Assembly (NCBI GenBank): GCA_017439305.1
Contig: JAFSJK010000063.1
Coordinates: forward strand, 14,367 to 78,366
DNA: 64,000 nt
Reading direction: 5' to 3'
Source: Bacteroidales bacterium
Lineage (GTDB): Bacteria > Bacteroidota > Bacteroidia > Bacteroidales > UBA932
The translations under genes were made by a program, and so were the position numbers. Shown here one piece after another: positions 37,846 through 47,953 of the stretch. Below the pieces are notes generated by a model that was not told where the DNA came from, made no database searches, and saw only the letters and a program-made list of their open reading frames with translations. Position 1 is the first letter of the stretch, and each line of letters starts with the position of its first letter.

Positions 37846-39306
37846 CTAGCCGGCCTGGACCGCATGCCGCTCGACGACCTTGCCGTCGCGGTGGAGTTCG
37901 AAACAGTCGGAGCCGTCGGCGAGCGTGACGCGGTGGAGACGGAGTGAAGGGTCGGAGCGCACGGCGCTCTTCGCAGCGGCGAGGGCCTTTTCTCCGTCAG
38001 AATAACGGAAGAAAAGGGGGTCCTGGGGCGCACTGCCAAGGGGCAAGGACTCCGGGGCCGCACCGCCAGAGGACAGGGATTCCGGACCAGGGGACACAAT
38101 GGTCCCGGCCGGCCCTTCTCCCGCAGGTTTTTTCCTTTCATAGGCGAGCAGGCGGGCGTCTTCGGCCCGGGCGCGTTCAGCGTCGTATTGGCGGTCCCAT
38201 TCGCGATAGTATTCCATTTTCGGGTCCTCGAAAAGGGACATCTGTTCGGTGGTTTCGTGGGTAAGTTTCGAGACGCCGAGGCCCACCTGGCGGAGGGGCG
38301 ACACTCCGTCCCAGACCTCGGGAAGCATCCGGCGGGCCTCGTTCAGGATGACGGCCGTGATGTCCGTCGGCTGGCCCGTCTGGCACTGCCTCTGGGCGAC
38401 GGAGAAGTCACTGTACTTGATGAACATGGACACGGTCGATGCACGGAAGCCGTCCCGGCGGATGCGGTGGGCGACGATGCAGGCCACGTTGAAGAGAGCC
38501 CGGTCGATGTCCTTCGGATCGGACAGGTCCTTCGGGAAGGTCCGCTCCGCGCTGTAGCTCTTGGCCTCCTGGACCTCCGTTTCCACCGGGGAATCATCCC
38601 GGCCGTTCGCATTCTCGTGCAGCTGTACGGCGAACTTCTGACCCACTAGGCGGGTAAGCTGCCCCACACTGAGCCGTGCCAGATCCCCGATGGTGCGGAT
38701 GCCATAGGCGAGAAGCCGCTCCTCGGTCTTTTTCCCGACCCAAAGGAGGTCTCGCACGCCCAGGGGCCACATCTTCTCCCGGATCTCGCTCTCCCAGAGG
38801 GTATGGACCTTGTCCGGCTTCTCGAAGTCCGACGCCATCTTCGCCAGAAGCTTGTTCGAGCCCACACCGACATTGACCGTGAACCCCAGGCGGGACTTGA
38901 TTTCGTCCTTGAGGCGGGTGGCGACCGCCACCGGATCCTGCGCCCCGCATCGGTACGTCATGTCGATGAAACACTCGTCGATGGAAAACTGCTGCAGCAC
39001 CGGAGAATAGCTCCGGCAGATGGCGATGAACCCTTCGGAACAGCGCTTATACCATTCCCAATCCCCATGTACGATAACCAGTTGCGGGCATATCCGCAGC
39101 GCCATCGACACCGGGATGGCCGTTCGGATGCCTAGCTTCTTCGCCGGCATCGACGCGGCCGAAACAATGCTGCGCCGGTCGTTCGGGTCCCCGGACACGA
39201 CCGACGGGACCAGCCGGATATCCTGCCCTCCTTCCATGACGATCTTCACCGCCGACCAACTGACGAAAGCGGAATTCACATCGATATGGAAAATGACCCG
39301 GGGCAT
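37846..39306 (-). CDS. dinB: DNA polymerase IV (Y family) with C-terminal extension
   Basis: HIDVNSAF, SIDECF, NKLLAKMAS, KPD, LWVGKKT, clamp motif QMSLF. Confidence 0.92.
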   Translation of the reverse strand: MPRVIFHIDVNSAFVSWSAVKIVMEGGQDIRLVPSVVSGDPNDRRSIVSAASMPAKKLGIRTAIPVSMALRICPQLVIVHGDWEWYKRCSEGFIAICRSYSPVLQQFSIDECFIDMTYRCGAQDPVAVATRLKDEIKSRLGFTVNVGVGSNKLLAKMASDFEKPDKVHTLWESEIREKMWPLGVRDLLWVGKKTEERLLAYGIRTIGDLARLSVGQLTRLVGQKFAVQLHENANGRDDSPVETEVQEAKSYSAERTFPKDLSDPKDIDRALFNVACIVAHRIRRDGFRASTVSMFIKYSDFSVAQRQCQTGQPTDITAVILNEARRMLPEVWDGVSPLRQVGLGVSKLTHETTEQMSLFEDPKMEYYREWDRQYDAERARAEDARLLAYERKKPAGEGPAGTIVSPGPESLSSGGAAPESLPLGSAPQDPLFFRYSDGEKALAAAKSAVRSDPSLRLHRVTLADGSDCFELHRDGKVVERHAVQAG

Positions 39307-39439
39307 CTATTCTTCGAAAAACTGTGTAAAAAGGGCGGATTCACACAAATTAAGACCAAAAGGACAGATAATTGTGCATGGACGGCCATTATACACAATT
39401 AATTGCTCCGAAATACCCGGTAAATGTCATAAAGTATTC

Positions 39440-40357
39440 TCATTGTTCTTTAAAAACGAGCCTTGAACCAACGTCCATAATTTGTTTTTTTGTTGGCTCC
39501 ACTCTCATTCTGTATACACTCGCAAGTCGTTGAGTAGAATACGCAGCAACTATGGCATATGTCCCATGAATACCAACCGCATTCATCCTTTCTGAGACGA
39601 CACGCCCATTCTGGATTAATTCAAGGTTGTTTGAGAAACTCAAAGAAATACCCCGCTCTGCGTTATAAAAAGTATGCTCTACAAGGTAGTGAAAGACATC
39701 ACTGTCGGTCAACATTAGAATGGTCCGAACATATGTTGCTATGCCACTACCGGAATCTTCGAAATACTCGGTTGAAATACGGTCGTCACTTTCCAACTTA
39801 TACGCCCCATTGTATAGGGATATCAGTTTTTTTCCGTCATTTGAAATGATAAAAGGTTCCTTTTCCGGGGAGAGGGTAAAACTGTATTTATCATCGTCCT
39901 CGTCTGTCCACCTACCCCAAAAGGGAGATTGCTTCGTTCTATCACCATACTCGACAATTGCCGCTTCCGCATTGTATTTTTCTCTACACTTTTTATAGCC
40001 GCCTTCCACTCTTTTAGATTTCTTATTCAAGGTCAATATGGATTCATAGCCAAATGACCCTTCGTAAACCAGATTTATCTCATCATCAGAGATTGTCTCA
40101 ACATAATATTCCAATTTTGGGTAGCACACTATCCGTGGTAGCGCAGCACCTTCTGCCATCTGGATAAAAGGCAGGTCATTCTGAATATAGTCTCCACCGA
40201 TAAACAGACTCGTCTTTACACCCTCATAGTCCGCCCGCCATTCTCCGTATGCCCATTCATACCCTTCCGGCAAACTGCCATCAACAATGGTCGTCGTATA
40301 ATTAGCGCATGACACTGAAACACTCAGTAACAAAAACAATAATAACACATTTTTCAT
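39440..40357 (-). CDS. Hypothetical exported/lipoprotein, AT-rich
   Basis: 305 aa ORF with signal/lipobox VSC; AT-rich codons unlike neighbours. Confidence 0.65.
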   Translation of the reverse strand: MKNVLLLFLLLSVSVSCANYTTTIVDGSLPEGYEWAYGEWRADYEGVKTSLFIGGDYIQNDLPFIQMAEGAALPRIVCYPKLEYYVETISDDEINLVYEGSFGYESILTLNKKSKRVEGGYKKCREKYNAEAAIVEYGDRTKQSPFWGRWTDEDDDKYSFTLSPEKEPFIISNDGKKLISLYNGAYKLESDDRISTEYFEDSGSGIATYVRTILMLTDSDVFHYLVEHTFYNAERGISLSFSNNLELIQNGRVVSERMNAVGIHGTYAIVAAYSTQRLASVYRMRVEPTKKQIMDVGSRLVFKEQ

Positions 40358-40502
40358 AGTTGAAGAGATTATTATGCGGTCCTGATTCTTACGATCCTAT
40401 TTACGGCAAACCATTCGGATTATTATTAAGACAAATATACTAAAACAGAACAAAAGATACGCTACGAAAGGCCGATTTCACACCTGTAACACACCCACCC
40501 GT

Positions 40503-40534
40503 AAAAAGAAAAGCACCTGCGTTTCCGCAAGTGC
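40503..40534 (-). terminator. Terminator downstream of tRNA-Pro
   Basis: GCACCTGCG-TTTC-CGCAAGTGC hairpin plus T-tract on the minus strand. Confidence 0.55.
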
Positions 40535-40548
40535 CTGGTTCTATGCGG

Positions 40549-40622
40549 TCGGGGTGATGTGACTCGAACACACGACCCTCTGGTCCCAAACCAGATGCGC
40601 TAGCCAACTGCGCCACACCCCG
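40549..40622 (-). tRNA. trnP: tRNA-Pro(TGG)
   Basis: CGGGGTGTGGCGCAGTTGGCTAGCGCATCTGGTTTGGGACCAGAGGGTCGTGTGTTCGAGTCACATCACCCCGA; cloverleaf, anticodon TGG; -7 box at 40635-40642. Confidence 0.96.
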
Positions 40623-40781
40623 ATGCAGGGACTGCAAAGGTACGCGTTTTTTGCGGAACGGCAAACAAGGCGGAAGGAAGCGTTCGGTCAATTTGTATTA
40701 GATACAATATTTATTATGCTGATTATAAGCAAATTAAAGAAAATCTTAATTCATCTTATTGTTTAGAAGAAATTTATTGCA

Positions 40782-40789
40782 TATCTTTG
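40782..40789 (+). promoter_or_regulatory. -7 promoter box (TATCTTTG) of the xylose operon
   Basis: TAnnTTTG 20 bp before xylR ATG. Confidence 0.6.
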
Positions 40790-40809
40790 TCCAAACGAAC
40801 ACCACAGAC

Positions 40810-41526
40810 ATGGAAAACGAACTGGCCAAGATTCATCTTTCGGTTGACTGCACGGTGCTCGGTTTCGACGGAAACCGGCTGGAAGTGCTGCTGATCCGCC
40901 GCACCGGCGAGGAAGGCGGGCGGGAATTCCACGACATGAAACTGCCCGGCAGCCTGATCCTGGACAACGAGGAACTGGATGACGCCGCACGGCGCGTGCT
41001 GACGGAACTCACCGGCCTCAAGAACATCACCCTGCAGCAGTTCAAGGCCTTCGGGTCGATGGACCGCACCAAGAATCCGAAAGACGTCCACTGGCTGGAG
41101 CACGCCCAGAAGGCGCACGTCCACCGGATCGTCACGGTGGCCTACATGGCCCTGGTGAAGATCGGACGGGCCATGACCCGCGAGATGGAGGGGTCCGAGG
41201 CGCTGTGGGTCCCCGTCGGGGCCATCCCTCCCCTGGCGTTCGACCATAACGAGATCATCGGCGAGGCCCTGGCGCACCTCCGGAGCTTCGCATCGATGGA
41301 CCCGTCCATCCTGTACGCCCTTCTCCCCCGGAAATTCACCGTCACCCAGCTCCGGAACCTCTATGAGGTCGTCTTCGGAACCAAGCTGGACCCGGCCAAC
41401 TTCTACAAGAAGATGATCCAGCTGCCCTACCTCGTCGCCCTGGACGAACACGAGAGAGGAGTTGCCCACCGGGCCGCCCGGTACTTCCGCTTCGACAAGA
41501 ACATCTACAACAAATCCCGCTTATAA
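40810..41526 (+). CDS. xylR: NrtR-family (NUDIX-wHTH) regulator of xylose operon
   Basis: LSVDCTVLGFDG, KLPGS, LAFDHNEI, FTVTQLRNLYE, RAARYFRF; precedes xylBA. Confidence 0.8.
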   Translation: MENELAKIHLSVDCTVLGFDGNRLEVLLIRRTGEEGGREFHDMKLPGSLILDNEELDDAARRVLTELTGLKNITLQQFKAFGSMDRTKNPKDVHWLEHAQKAHVHRIVTVAYMALVKIGRAMTREMEGSEALWVPVGAIPPLAFDHNEIIGEALAHLRSFASMDPSILYALLPRKFTVTQLRNLYEVVFGTKLDPANFYKKMIQLPYLVALDEHERGVAHRAARYFRFDKNIYNKSRL

Positions 41527-41528
41527 CC

Positions 41529-43022
41529 ATGTATTTACTCGGTTACGACGTCGGAAGTTCTTCCGTCAAGGCCAGTCTCGTGAGCGTCGAGACCGGCAAG
41601 TGCGTCGCCACGGCCTTCTATCCGAAGAGCGAGGCGCCCATCATGTCCCGTCAACCCGGCTTCGCCGAACAGGATCCGGCCATGTGGTGGGCCAACCTGA
41701 AGCTCGCCACCGCCGACATCCTGGAGCAGGTCCGCGGCAAGGCCACCCTGCAGAGCAAGGCCTTCTCGCCCGCCGACATCAAGGCCATCGGCATTTCCTA
41801 CCAGATGCACGGCCTCGTGTGCGTGGACAAGGACCATAACGTCCTGCGCCCGTCCATCATCTGGTGCGACTCCCGGGCCGTTCCTTACGGCAACAAGGCT
41901 TTCGAGGACCTGGGTGCCGACTGGTGCCTGGACCACCTGCTCAACAACCCCGGCAACTTCACCGCCGCAAAACTCGCCTGGGTGAAGGAGAACGAGCCCC
42001 AGCTGTACGAGCGCATCAACAAGATCATGCTCCCGGGCGACTACATCGCCATGCGCCTGACCGGGACGGTTTGCACCACTGTCAGCGGCTTGTCCGAGGG
42101 CATCTTCTGGGATTTCCGCGAGAACAAGGTGTCCGACCGCCTGCTGGAGGAGTTCGGCTTCGACGCGAACGTCATTCCGCAGATCCGTCCCACCTTCGCC
42201 CCGCAGGGCGTCCTGTCCAGGGAAGCGGCGGAGATCCTGGGCCTCGCCCCGGGCATCCCGGTCACTTACCGCGCCGGCGACCAGCCCAACAACGCCCTTT
42301 CCCTCAATGTCTTCAATCCGGGCGAAATCGCCTCCACCGCCGGAACTTCCGGTGTCGTGTACGGCGTGAACGGAACGGTCAACTATGACCCGCAGAGCCG
42401 CGTGAACACCTTCGCCCACGTGAACCATACGACGGAACAGACCCGCCTGGGCGTCCTCCTTTGCATCAACGGTACCGGCATCCTGAATTCCTGGATCCGC
42501 CGCAACATCGCCCCGGAGGGCATCTCTTACTCCGATATGAACGACGTCGCCGCCAACGTACCCATCGGCTCGGACGGCGTGTCCATCCTCCCCTTCGGCA
42601 ACGGCGCCGAACGGATGCTCGGGAACAAGGACACCGGCTGCAGCATCCACGGGGTCAACTTCAACCGCCACGGCAAGGCCCACCTGATGCGCGCCGCACA
42701 GGAAGGCATCGTGTTCTCCTTCCAGTACGGAATCGAGATCATGGAGCAGATGGGCATCCCGGTGAAGATGATCCACGCCGGCAAGGCCAACATGTTCCTC
42801 TCCCCGATCTTCCGCAACACCCTCGCGGGCGTGTCCGGAGCCACCATCGAGCTGTATGACACCGACGGCTCCGTGGGCGCCGCCAAGGGAGCGGGCATCG
42901 GCGTCGGTATCTACCGGGACAACAACGAGGCCTTCGCCACCCTGGAGAAACTCGCCGTCATCACCCCTTCGCACGAAGAGGAGTACAAAGAAGCTTACGA
43001 GAATTGGAAATCAAACTTATAA
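41529..43022 (+). CDS. xylB: Xylulokinase
   Basis: LGYDVGSSSVK, ISYQMHG, IIWCDSR, AGDQPNNA, AGTSG. Confidence 0.93.
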   Translation: MYLLGYDVGSSSVKASLVSVETGKCVATAFYPKSEAPIMSRQPGFAEQDPAMWWANLKLATADILEQVRGKATLQSKAFSPADIKAIGISYQMHGLVCVDKDHNVLRPSIIWCDSRAVPYGNKAFEDLGADWCLDHLLNNPGNFTAAKLAWVKENEPQLYERINKIMLPGDYIAMRLTGTVCTTVSGLSEGIFWDFRENKVSDRLLEEFGFDANVIPQIRPTFAPQGVLSREAAEILGLAPGIPVTYRAGDQPNNALSLNVFNPGEIASTAGTSGVVYGVNGTVNYDPQSRVNTFAHVNHTTEQTRLGVLLCINGTGILNSWIRRNIAPEGISYSDMNDVAANVPIGSDGVSILPFGNGAERMLGNKDTGCSIHGVNFNRHGKAHLMRAAQEGIVFSFQYGIEIMEQMGIPVKMIHAGKANMFLSPIFRNTLAGVSGATIELYDTDGSVGAAKGAGIGVGIYRDNNEAFATLEKLAVITPSHEEEYKEAYENWKSNL

Positions 43023-43043
43023 CTTTTTAAAACACAAAACATT

Positions 43044-44360
43044 ATGGCAAAAGAGTATTTCCCGACAATCGGTAAGATCCCCTTCGAGGGACCCGAGTCC
43101 AAGAACCCGATGGCGTTCCACTTCTATGACGCGGAGCGCGTGGTGATGGGCAAGAAGATGAAGGACTGGTTCAAGTTCGCGATGGCCTGGTGGCACACCC
43201 TGGGCCAGGCTTCCGCCGACCCGTTCGGCGGCCAGACCCGCTCCTACGAGTGGGACAAGGGCGAAGGCCCCTGCTCCCGCGCCCGCGCCAAGGCTGACGC
43301 CGGTTTCGAGATCATGCAGAAGCTGGGAATCGGCTACTACTGCTTCCACGACATCGACCTGGTAGAGGATACCGAGGACATCGAAGAGTACGAGGCCCGC
43401 ATGAAGGACATCACCGACTACCTCGTGGAGAAGCAGAAGGAAACCGGCATCAAGAACCTCTGGGGCACGGCCAACGTGTTCGGTAACAAGCGCTACATGA
43501 ACGGTGCCGCCACGAACCCGCAGTTCGACATCGTCGCCCGCGCCGCCCTCCAGATCAAGAACGCCATCGATGCCACCATTAAACTCGGCGGTACCGGTTA
43601 CGTGTTCTGGGGCGGCCGTGAAGGCTACTACACTCTGCTGAACACCCAGATGCAGCGCGAGAAGGACCACCTCGCCAAGATGCTCACCGCCGCCCGCGAC
43701 TATGCCCGCGCCAACGGCTTCAAGGGCACCTTCCTCATCGAGCCGAAGCCGATGGAGCCCACCAAGCACCAGTACGATGTGGACACGGAGACCGTGATCG
43801 GCTTCCTCCGCGCCAACGGCCTGGACAAAGACTTCAAGGTGAACATCGAAGTGAACCACGCCACCCTCGCCGGCCACACCTTCGAGCACGAGCTCACCGT
43901 GGCCGTTGACAACGGCTTCCTGGGTTCCATCGACGCGAACCGCGGCGACGCCCAGAACGGCTGGGATACCGACCAGTTCCCGGTGGATCCGTACGACCTC
44001 ACCCAGGCGATGATCCAGATCATCCGCAACGGCGGCTTCAAGGACGGCGGCACCAACTTCGACGCCAAGCTCCGCCGCTCTTCCACCGACCCGGAGGACA
44101 TCTTCATCGCCCATATCAGCGCGATGGACGCCATGGCCCACGCCCTGCTGAACGCCGCCGCCGTGCTCGAGGAGAGCCCGCTCTGCGAGATGGTCGCGAA
44201 GCGTTACGCTTCCTTCGACAGCGGCCTCGGCAAGAAGTTCGAGGAAGGCAACGCCACCCTCGAGGAACTCTACGAGTACGCCAAGGCGAAGGGCGAGGTC
44301 GTTGCCGAATCCGGCAAGCAGGAACTCTACGAGACTCTGCTGAACCTCTACGCGAAGTAG
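43044..44360 (+). CDS. xylA: Xylose isomerase (class II)
   Basis: [47 protein letters not shown]. Confidence 0.98.
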   Translation: MAKEYFPTIGKIPFEGPESKNPMAFHFYDAERVVMGKKMKDWFKFAMAWWHTLGQASADPFGGQTRSYEWDKGEGPCSRARAKADAGFEIMQKLGIGYYCFHDIDLVEDTEDIEEYEARMKDITDYLVEKQKETGIKNLWGTANVFGNKRYMNGAATNPQFDIVARAALQIKNAIDATIKLGGTGYVFWGGREGYYTLLNTQMQREKDHLAKMLTAARDYARANGFKGTFLIEPKPMEPTKHQYDVDTETVIGFLRANGLDKDFKVNIEVNHATLAGHTFEHELTVAVDNGFLGSIDANRGDAQNGWDTDQFPVDPYDLTQAMIQIIRNGGFKDGGTNFDAKLRRSSTDPEDIFIAHISAMDAMAHALLNAAAVLEESPLCEMVAKRYASFDSGLGKKFEEGNATLEELYEYAKAKGEVVAESGKQELYETLLNLYAK

Positions 44361-44364
44361 CCTT

Positions 44365-45810
44365 ATGGCCAGTTACAGACAAACAGGTAGCCCCGGCTAC
44401 CTGTTTTCCATTGTCCTCGTGGCCGTCATCGGCGGCCTGCTGTTCGGATATGACACCGCCGTCATCTCCGGTGCGGAGAAAGGCCTGCAGGCGTTCTTCC
44501 AGAGCGCAGGCGACTTCACCTACACGGACGGATGGCACGGATTTACGACCTCCAGCGCCCTTATCGGCTGCATCATCGGTGCATTCCTGTCGGGCTTCAT
44601 GGCTTCCCGCCTGGGTCGTAAGAAGTCCCTCTTCTGCGCCGGTATCATGTTCTTCCTGAGCGCATTGGGATCCTATTATCCGGAATTCCTGTTCTTCCAG
44701 AAGGGCGTAGCTACAAAAAGCCTGCTCGTCGCGTTCAACCTGTATCGCGTGCTCGGCGGCATCGGCGTGGGCCTTGCCTCGGCCCTGTGCCCGATGTACA
44801 TCGCCGAGGTCGCCCCGGCGAACAAGCGCGGCACCCTCGTGTCCTGGAACCAGTTCGCCATTATCTTCGGCCAGCTCGTGGTGTATTTCGTGAACTTCCT
44901 GATCATCCGCTCGCACGCAAACGATCCGGCCGTCGTGGAATGGACCAACGCCGTGGGCTGGAGAGTGATGTTTGTGTCCGAATGCGTCCCGGCCGGCCTG
45001 TTCACCCTGCTGATCCTCCTCGTCCCGGAGACGCCGCGTTTCCTGGCCCTCAACGGGCAGGATGACAAGGCCCTCACGGTACTCTCAAACATCAACGGCG
45101 AGGCCAAGGCCCGCGAAATCCTCGCGGAAATCAAGGCCACGGCGGTGGAAAAGACCGAGAAGCTGTTTGCCTACGGATTCATGGTCATCTTCATCGGCTG
45201 CATGCTCAGCGTGTTCCAGCAAGCCATCGGCATCAACGCCGTGCTGTATTTCGCCCCGCGCATCTTCGAGTCGATGGGCGTCTCGAACAACATGCTGTTC
45301 ACGGTCATCATGGGCGTGATCAACATCTCGTTCACCCTCGTCGCGGTGTTCACGGTGGAGAAACTCGGGCGCAAACCGCTCCTCATCACGGGTTCTCTCG
45401 GCATGGCCGTCGGCGCCCTGGGCGTTGCCCTTTCGAACGTCATGACCCTTCCGGCCTTCGTCGCTCCCCTGTCCATCATGATCTACAGCGCGTGCTTCAT
45501 GTTCAGCTGGGGCCCGATCTGCTGGGTGTATATCTCCGAACTCTTCCCGAACACGATCCGCTCGCAGGCCACGGCCATTGCGGTCGCCTTCCAATGGATC
45601 TTCAACTTCATCGTCTCCTCCACCTTCGTCCCGATGTACAACATGAAGCTCGGAGCCATGGGGGACAGTTTCGGCCACTTCTTCGCCTATGCCCTGTACG
45701 GAATCATCTGCATCATCGCCGCCGTCTTCGTCTGGCGCCTGGTGCCGGAGACCAAGGGCAAGACGCTCGAAGATATGACCAGATTATGGCGGGAAAGAAT
45801 GAAAAAATAA
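44365..45810 (+). CDS. xylE: D-xylose:H+ symporter (MFS sugar porter)
   Basis: GGLLFGYDTAVISG, PETPRFL, QQAIGINAVLYFAP, PETKGKTLE. Confidence 0.93.
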   Translation: MASYRQTGSPGYLFSIVLVAVIGGLLFGYDTAVISGAEKGLQAFFQSAGDFTYTDGWHGFTTSSALIGCIIGAFLSGFMASRLGRKKSLFCAGIMFFLSALGSYYPEFLFFQKGVATKSLLVAFNLYRVLGGIGVGLASALCPMYIAEVAPANKRGTLVSWNQFAIIFGQLVVYFVNFLIIRSHANDPAVVEWTNAVGWRVMFVSECVPAGLFTLLILLVPETPRFLALNGQDDKALTVLSNINGEAKAREILAEIKATAVEKTEKLFAYGFMVIFIGCMLSVFQQAIGINAVLYFAPRIFESMGVSNNMLFTVIMGVINISFTLVAVFTVEKLGRKPLLITGSLGMAVGALGVALSNVMTLPAFVAPLSIMIYSACFMFSWGPICWVYISELFPNTIRSQATAIAVAFQWIFNFIVSSTFVPMYNMKLGAMGDSFGHFFAYALYGIICIIAAVFVWRLVPETKGKTLEDMTRLWRERMKK

Positions 45811-45843
45811 CTATATTTGAGCCATAAACAAAACACTGATACC

Positions 45844-46239
45844 ATGGAAGAAGAAAAAGTGAACCCGATGGACCTCAACGGTGACGGAAAGGTTACCCTG
45901 GGAGAGAAAGTCCAGTACTATGCCGGCAAAGCCAGCGACAAGGTCGAAGAGGCCGCCAAGAAGGTCTACGAAGGCGTGAAGGAAGATGCCAAGGATGCCC
46001 TCGAGGACGCCAAAGTTCTCGCCGCCAAGGCCAAGGACAAGGCGGGCGAAGTCGCCGGAAAGGCCAAGGACAAGGCCAAGGAAGTCTACGACAAGGCTGC
46101 CGACAAGGCCAAGGACCTCTATGCCGACGCCAAGGAAGAAGTCGGCGAGGCCGTGGACAAGGCCAAGGCGAAAGGCGCCGAGGTCGTGGGCAAGGCCAAG
46201 GCCAAGCTCCAGAAGGACAAGGACGAGAAGGAGGCTTAA
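45844..46239 (+). CDS. LEA-like 11-mer repeat protein with EF-hand-type loop
   Basis: DLNGDGKVTLGE then KAKDKAGEVAG-type 11-residue repeats. Confidence 0.7.
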   Translation: MEEEKVNPMDLNGDGKVTLGEKVQYYAGKASDKVEEAAKKVYEGVKEDAKDALEDAKVLAAKAKDKAGEVAGKAKDKAKEVYDKAADKAKDLYADAKEEVGEAVDKAKAKGAEVVGKAKAKLQKDKDEKEA

Positions 46240-46250
46240 TTCTCCCGCAG

Positions 46251-47900
46251 ATGAAAAGATTGCTCTTATCGGCCACCCTGACCCTGGTCAGCGTGGCCGG
46301 TTTCGCCTGCACGAACCTCATCGTGGGCAAGCTGGCTTCCGTCGACGGAAGCGTGATGTGCACCTACAACTGCGACGGCTTCGGCTTCGCCTCCCCGCTT
46401 TCCTGGTCGGCTCCGGGACGCCACGCCCCGGGCGAGATGGTCGCCATCCGCGGCTGGGGTCCGGAATCCCCCGTGTACCACGTCGCGCAGGCCGACTATA
46501 CCTACGGCGTCGTAGGCCTGATGAACGAACGGCAGGTAGCCATCATGGAGACCACCTGGGACGGCCGGAAGGAACTGGCCCGCTCCGAGGGGGCCTTCGA
46601 CTATTTCACCCTGATGCATATGGCCCTGCAGCGGAGCGCATCGGCCCGGGAGGCCATCGAAGTGATGCACAACCTGGTACAGGAATACGGCTATAACGCC
46701 ACCGGCGAATCCTTCGCCGTATGCGACCCCCAGGAAGCCTGGATCATGGAACTCATCGGCAAGGGGCCAGGCCGGAAGGGCGCCGTGTGGGTAGCCCGCC
46801 GCGTCCCGGACGACTGCATCTCGGCCTATGCCAACGCCAGCCGCATCCGCCAGTTCCCGCAGGCGAAGAAAGCGGACAAGAAGAAAGGCTTCTGCATCGT
46901 CGAGGGCGAATGCATGTATGCGGCCGATGTCATCTCCTTTGCCCGTGAAATGGGCTGGTATGAAGGCCCTGACAAGGACTTCAGCTTCCGAGAGGCCTAC
47001 GGACCGCTGGATTTCAGCGCCATCCGCTACTGCGAGGCCCGCGTGTGGAGTTTCTTCCGCCACCACTACGACAAGGACGTGATGGACTCCTATCTCCCTT
47101 TCATCAACGGCCACACCGAAATCTGCGACGAACTCCCCCTCTGGATCAAGCCGGACAAACCCCTGAGCGTCCGTGACCTGATGGCCGACATGCGCGACCA
47201 CTACGAGGGCACCGCCCTGGATATGACGGTCGACGTCTCCGCCGGTCCCTGGGCCTCTCCCTATCGCAACCAGCCTATCAGCTTCCAGGCTTCCGACGGG
47301 ACCGCGATGTTCCGCGAGCGGCCCATCGGCTGCCAGCAGAGCGGCATGACGATGGTGTGCCAGATGCGTTCCTTCCTGCCCGACGAGGTGGGCGGCGTGA
47401 CGTATTTCAACATGGACGACGCCACGATGGTCGCCTACGTCCCGGTCTATTGCAGCATCGACCGCGTCCCGGAACCGTTCCGCCGCGAAAACAACAACAT
47501 CCGGGAGTTCTCCACGAAGAGCGCCTTCTGGATGAACAACTTCGTGGCAAACATGGTCTATCCCCGCTGGAGCGCGATGATCGGCGACCTCCGCGAAGCG
47601 CAGTCCGAGTTGGAAGATTATTACGCCGAGGACCAGAAGGAAGTGGAAAAGCAGGTTGCCGGCTTCACCCACCAGGAGCGCGTGGACTACCTCACCGCGA
47701 AAACCGAGGCCTACACGGACCAGATGATGGAACGTTGGGACAAACTCGCGAAACTCCTGATCGTCAAGCATAACGACCAGATCATGCAACCGTCCGAGAA
47801 CGGTGTCGTGGTGGCCGGCCGGCGGAGTTCCCCGGCCTACGCCCCGGCATTTGTCGATGCAGTGAAAGAGGTAACCGGAGAACGGTATGTAAAGCCGTAA
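46251..47900 (+). CDS. Peptidase C69 family dipeptidase
   Basis: Signal peptide then CTNLIVG (N-terminal Cys nucleophile), MNERQV, GESF, EARVW. Confidence 0.9.
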   Translation: MKRLLLSATLTLVSVAGFACTNLIVGKLASVDGSVMCTYNCDGFGFASPLSWSAPGRHAPGEMVAIRGWGPESPVYHVAQADYTYGVVGLMNERQVAIMETTWDGRKELARSEGAFDYFTLMHMALQRSASAREAIEVMHNLVQEYGYNATGESFAVCDPQEAWIMELIGKGPGRKGAVWVARRVPDDCISAYANASRIRQFPQAKKADKKKGFCIVEGECMYAADVISFAREMGWYEGPDKDFSFREAYGPLDFSAIRYCEARVWSFFRHHYDKDVMDSYLPFINGHTEICDELPLWIKPDKPLSVRDLMADMRDHYEGTALDMTVDVSAGPWASPYRNQPISFQASDGTAMFRERPIGCQQSGMTMVCQMRSFLPDEVGGVTYFNMDDATMVAYVPVYCSIDRVPEPFRRENNNIREFSTKSAFWMNNFVANMVYPRWSAMIGDLREAQSELEDYYAEDQKEVEKQVAGFTHQERVDYLTAKTEAYTDQMMERWDKLAKLLIVKHNDQIMQPSENGVVVAGRRSSPAYAPAFVDAVKEVTGERYVKP

Positions 47901-47905
47901 GCCGG

Positions 47906-47953
47906 GAAGGACGGAAAGACCCGGACTAAACCGAATTGGTCTTTCCGTACTTC
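47906..47953. terminator. Hairpin between convergent genes, overlapping the 47926 stop
   Basis: GAAGGACGGAAAGACC/GGTCTTTCCGTACTTC. Confidence 0.5.

Noticed and set aside
40513-40534. CACCTGCG in the tRNA terminator resembling the REP core
   Set aside because: Only 8 bp match, fully explained as a terminator stem
40693-40731. Palindromes TTGTAT-TAG-ATACAA and TGCTGATTATAAGCA as XylR operators
   Set aside because: AT-rich context; single instances; cannot match to a known motif from memory
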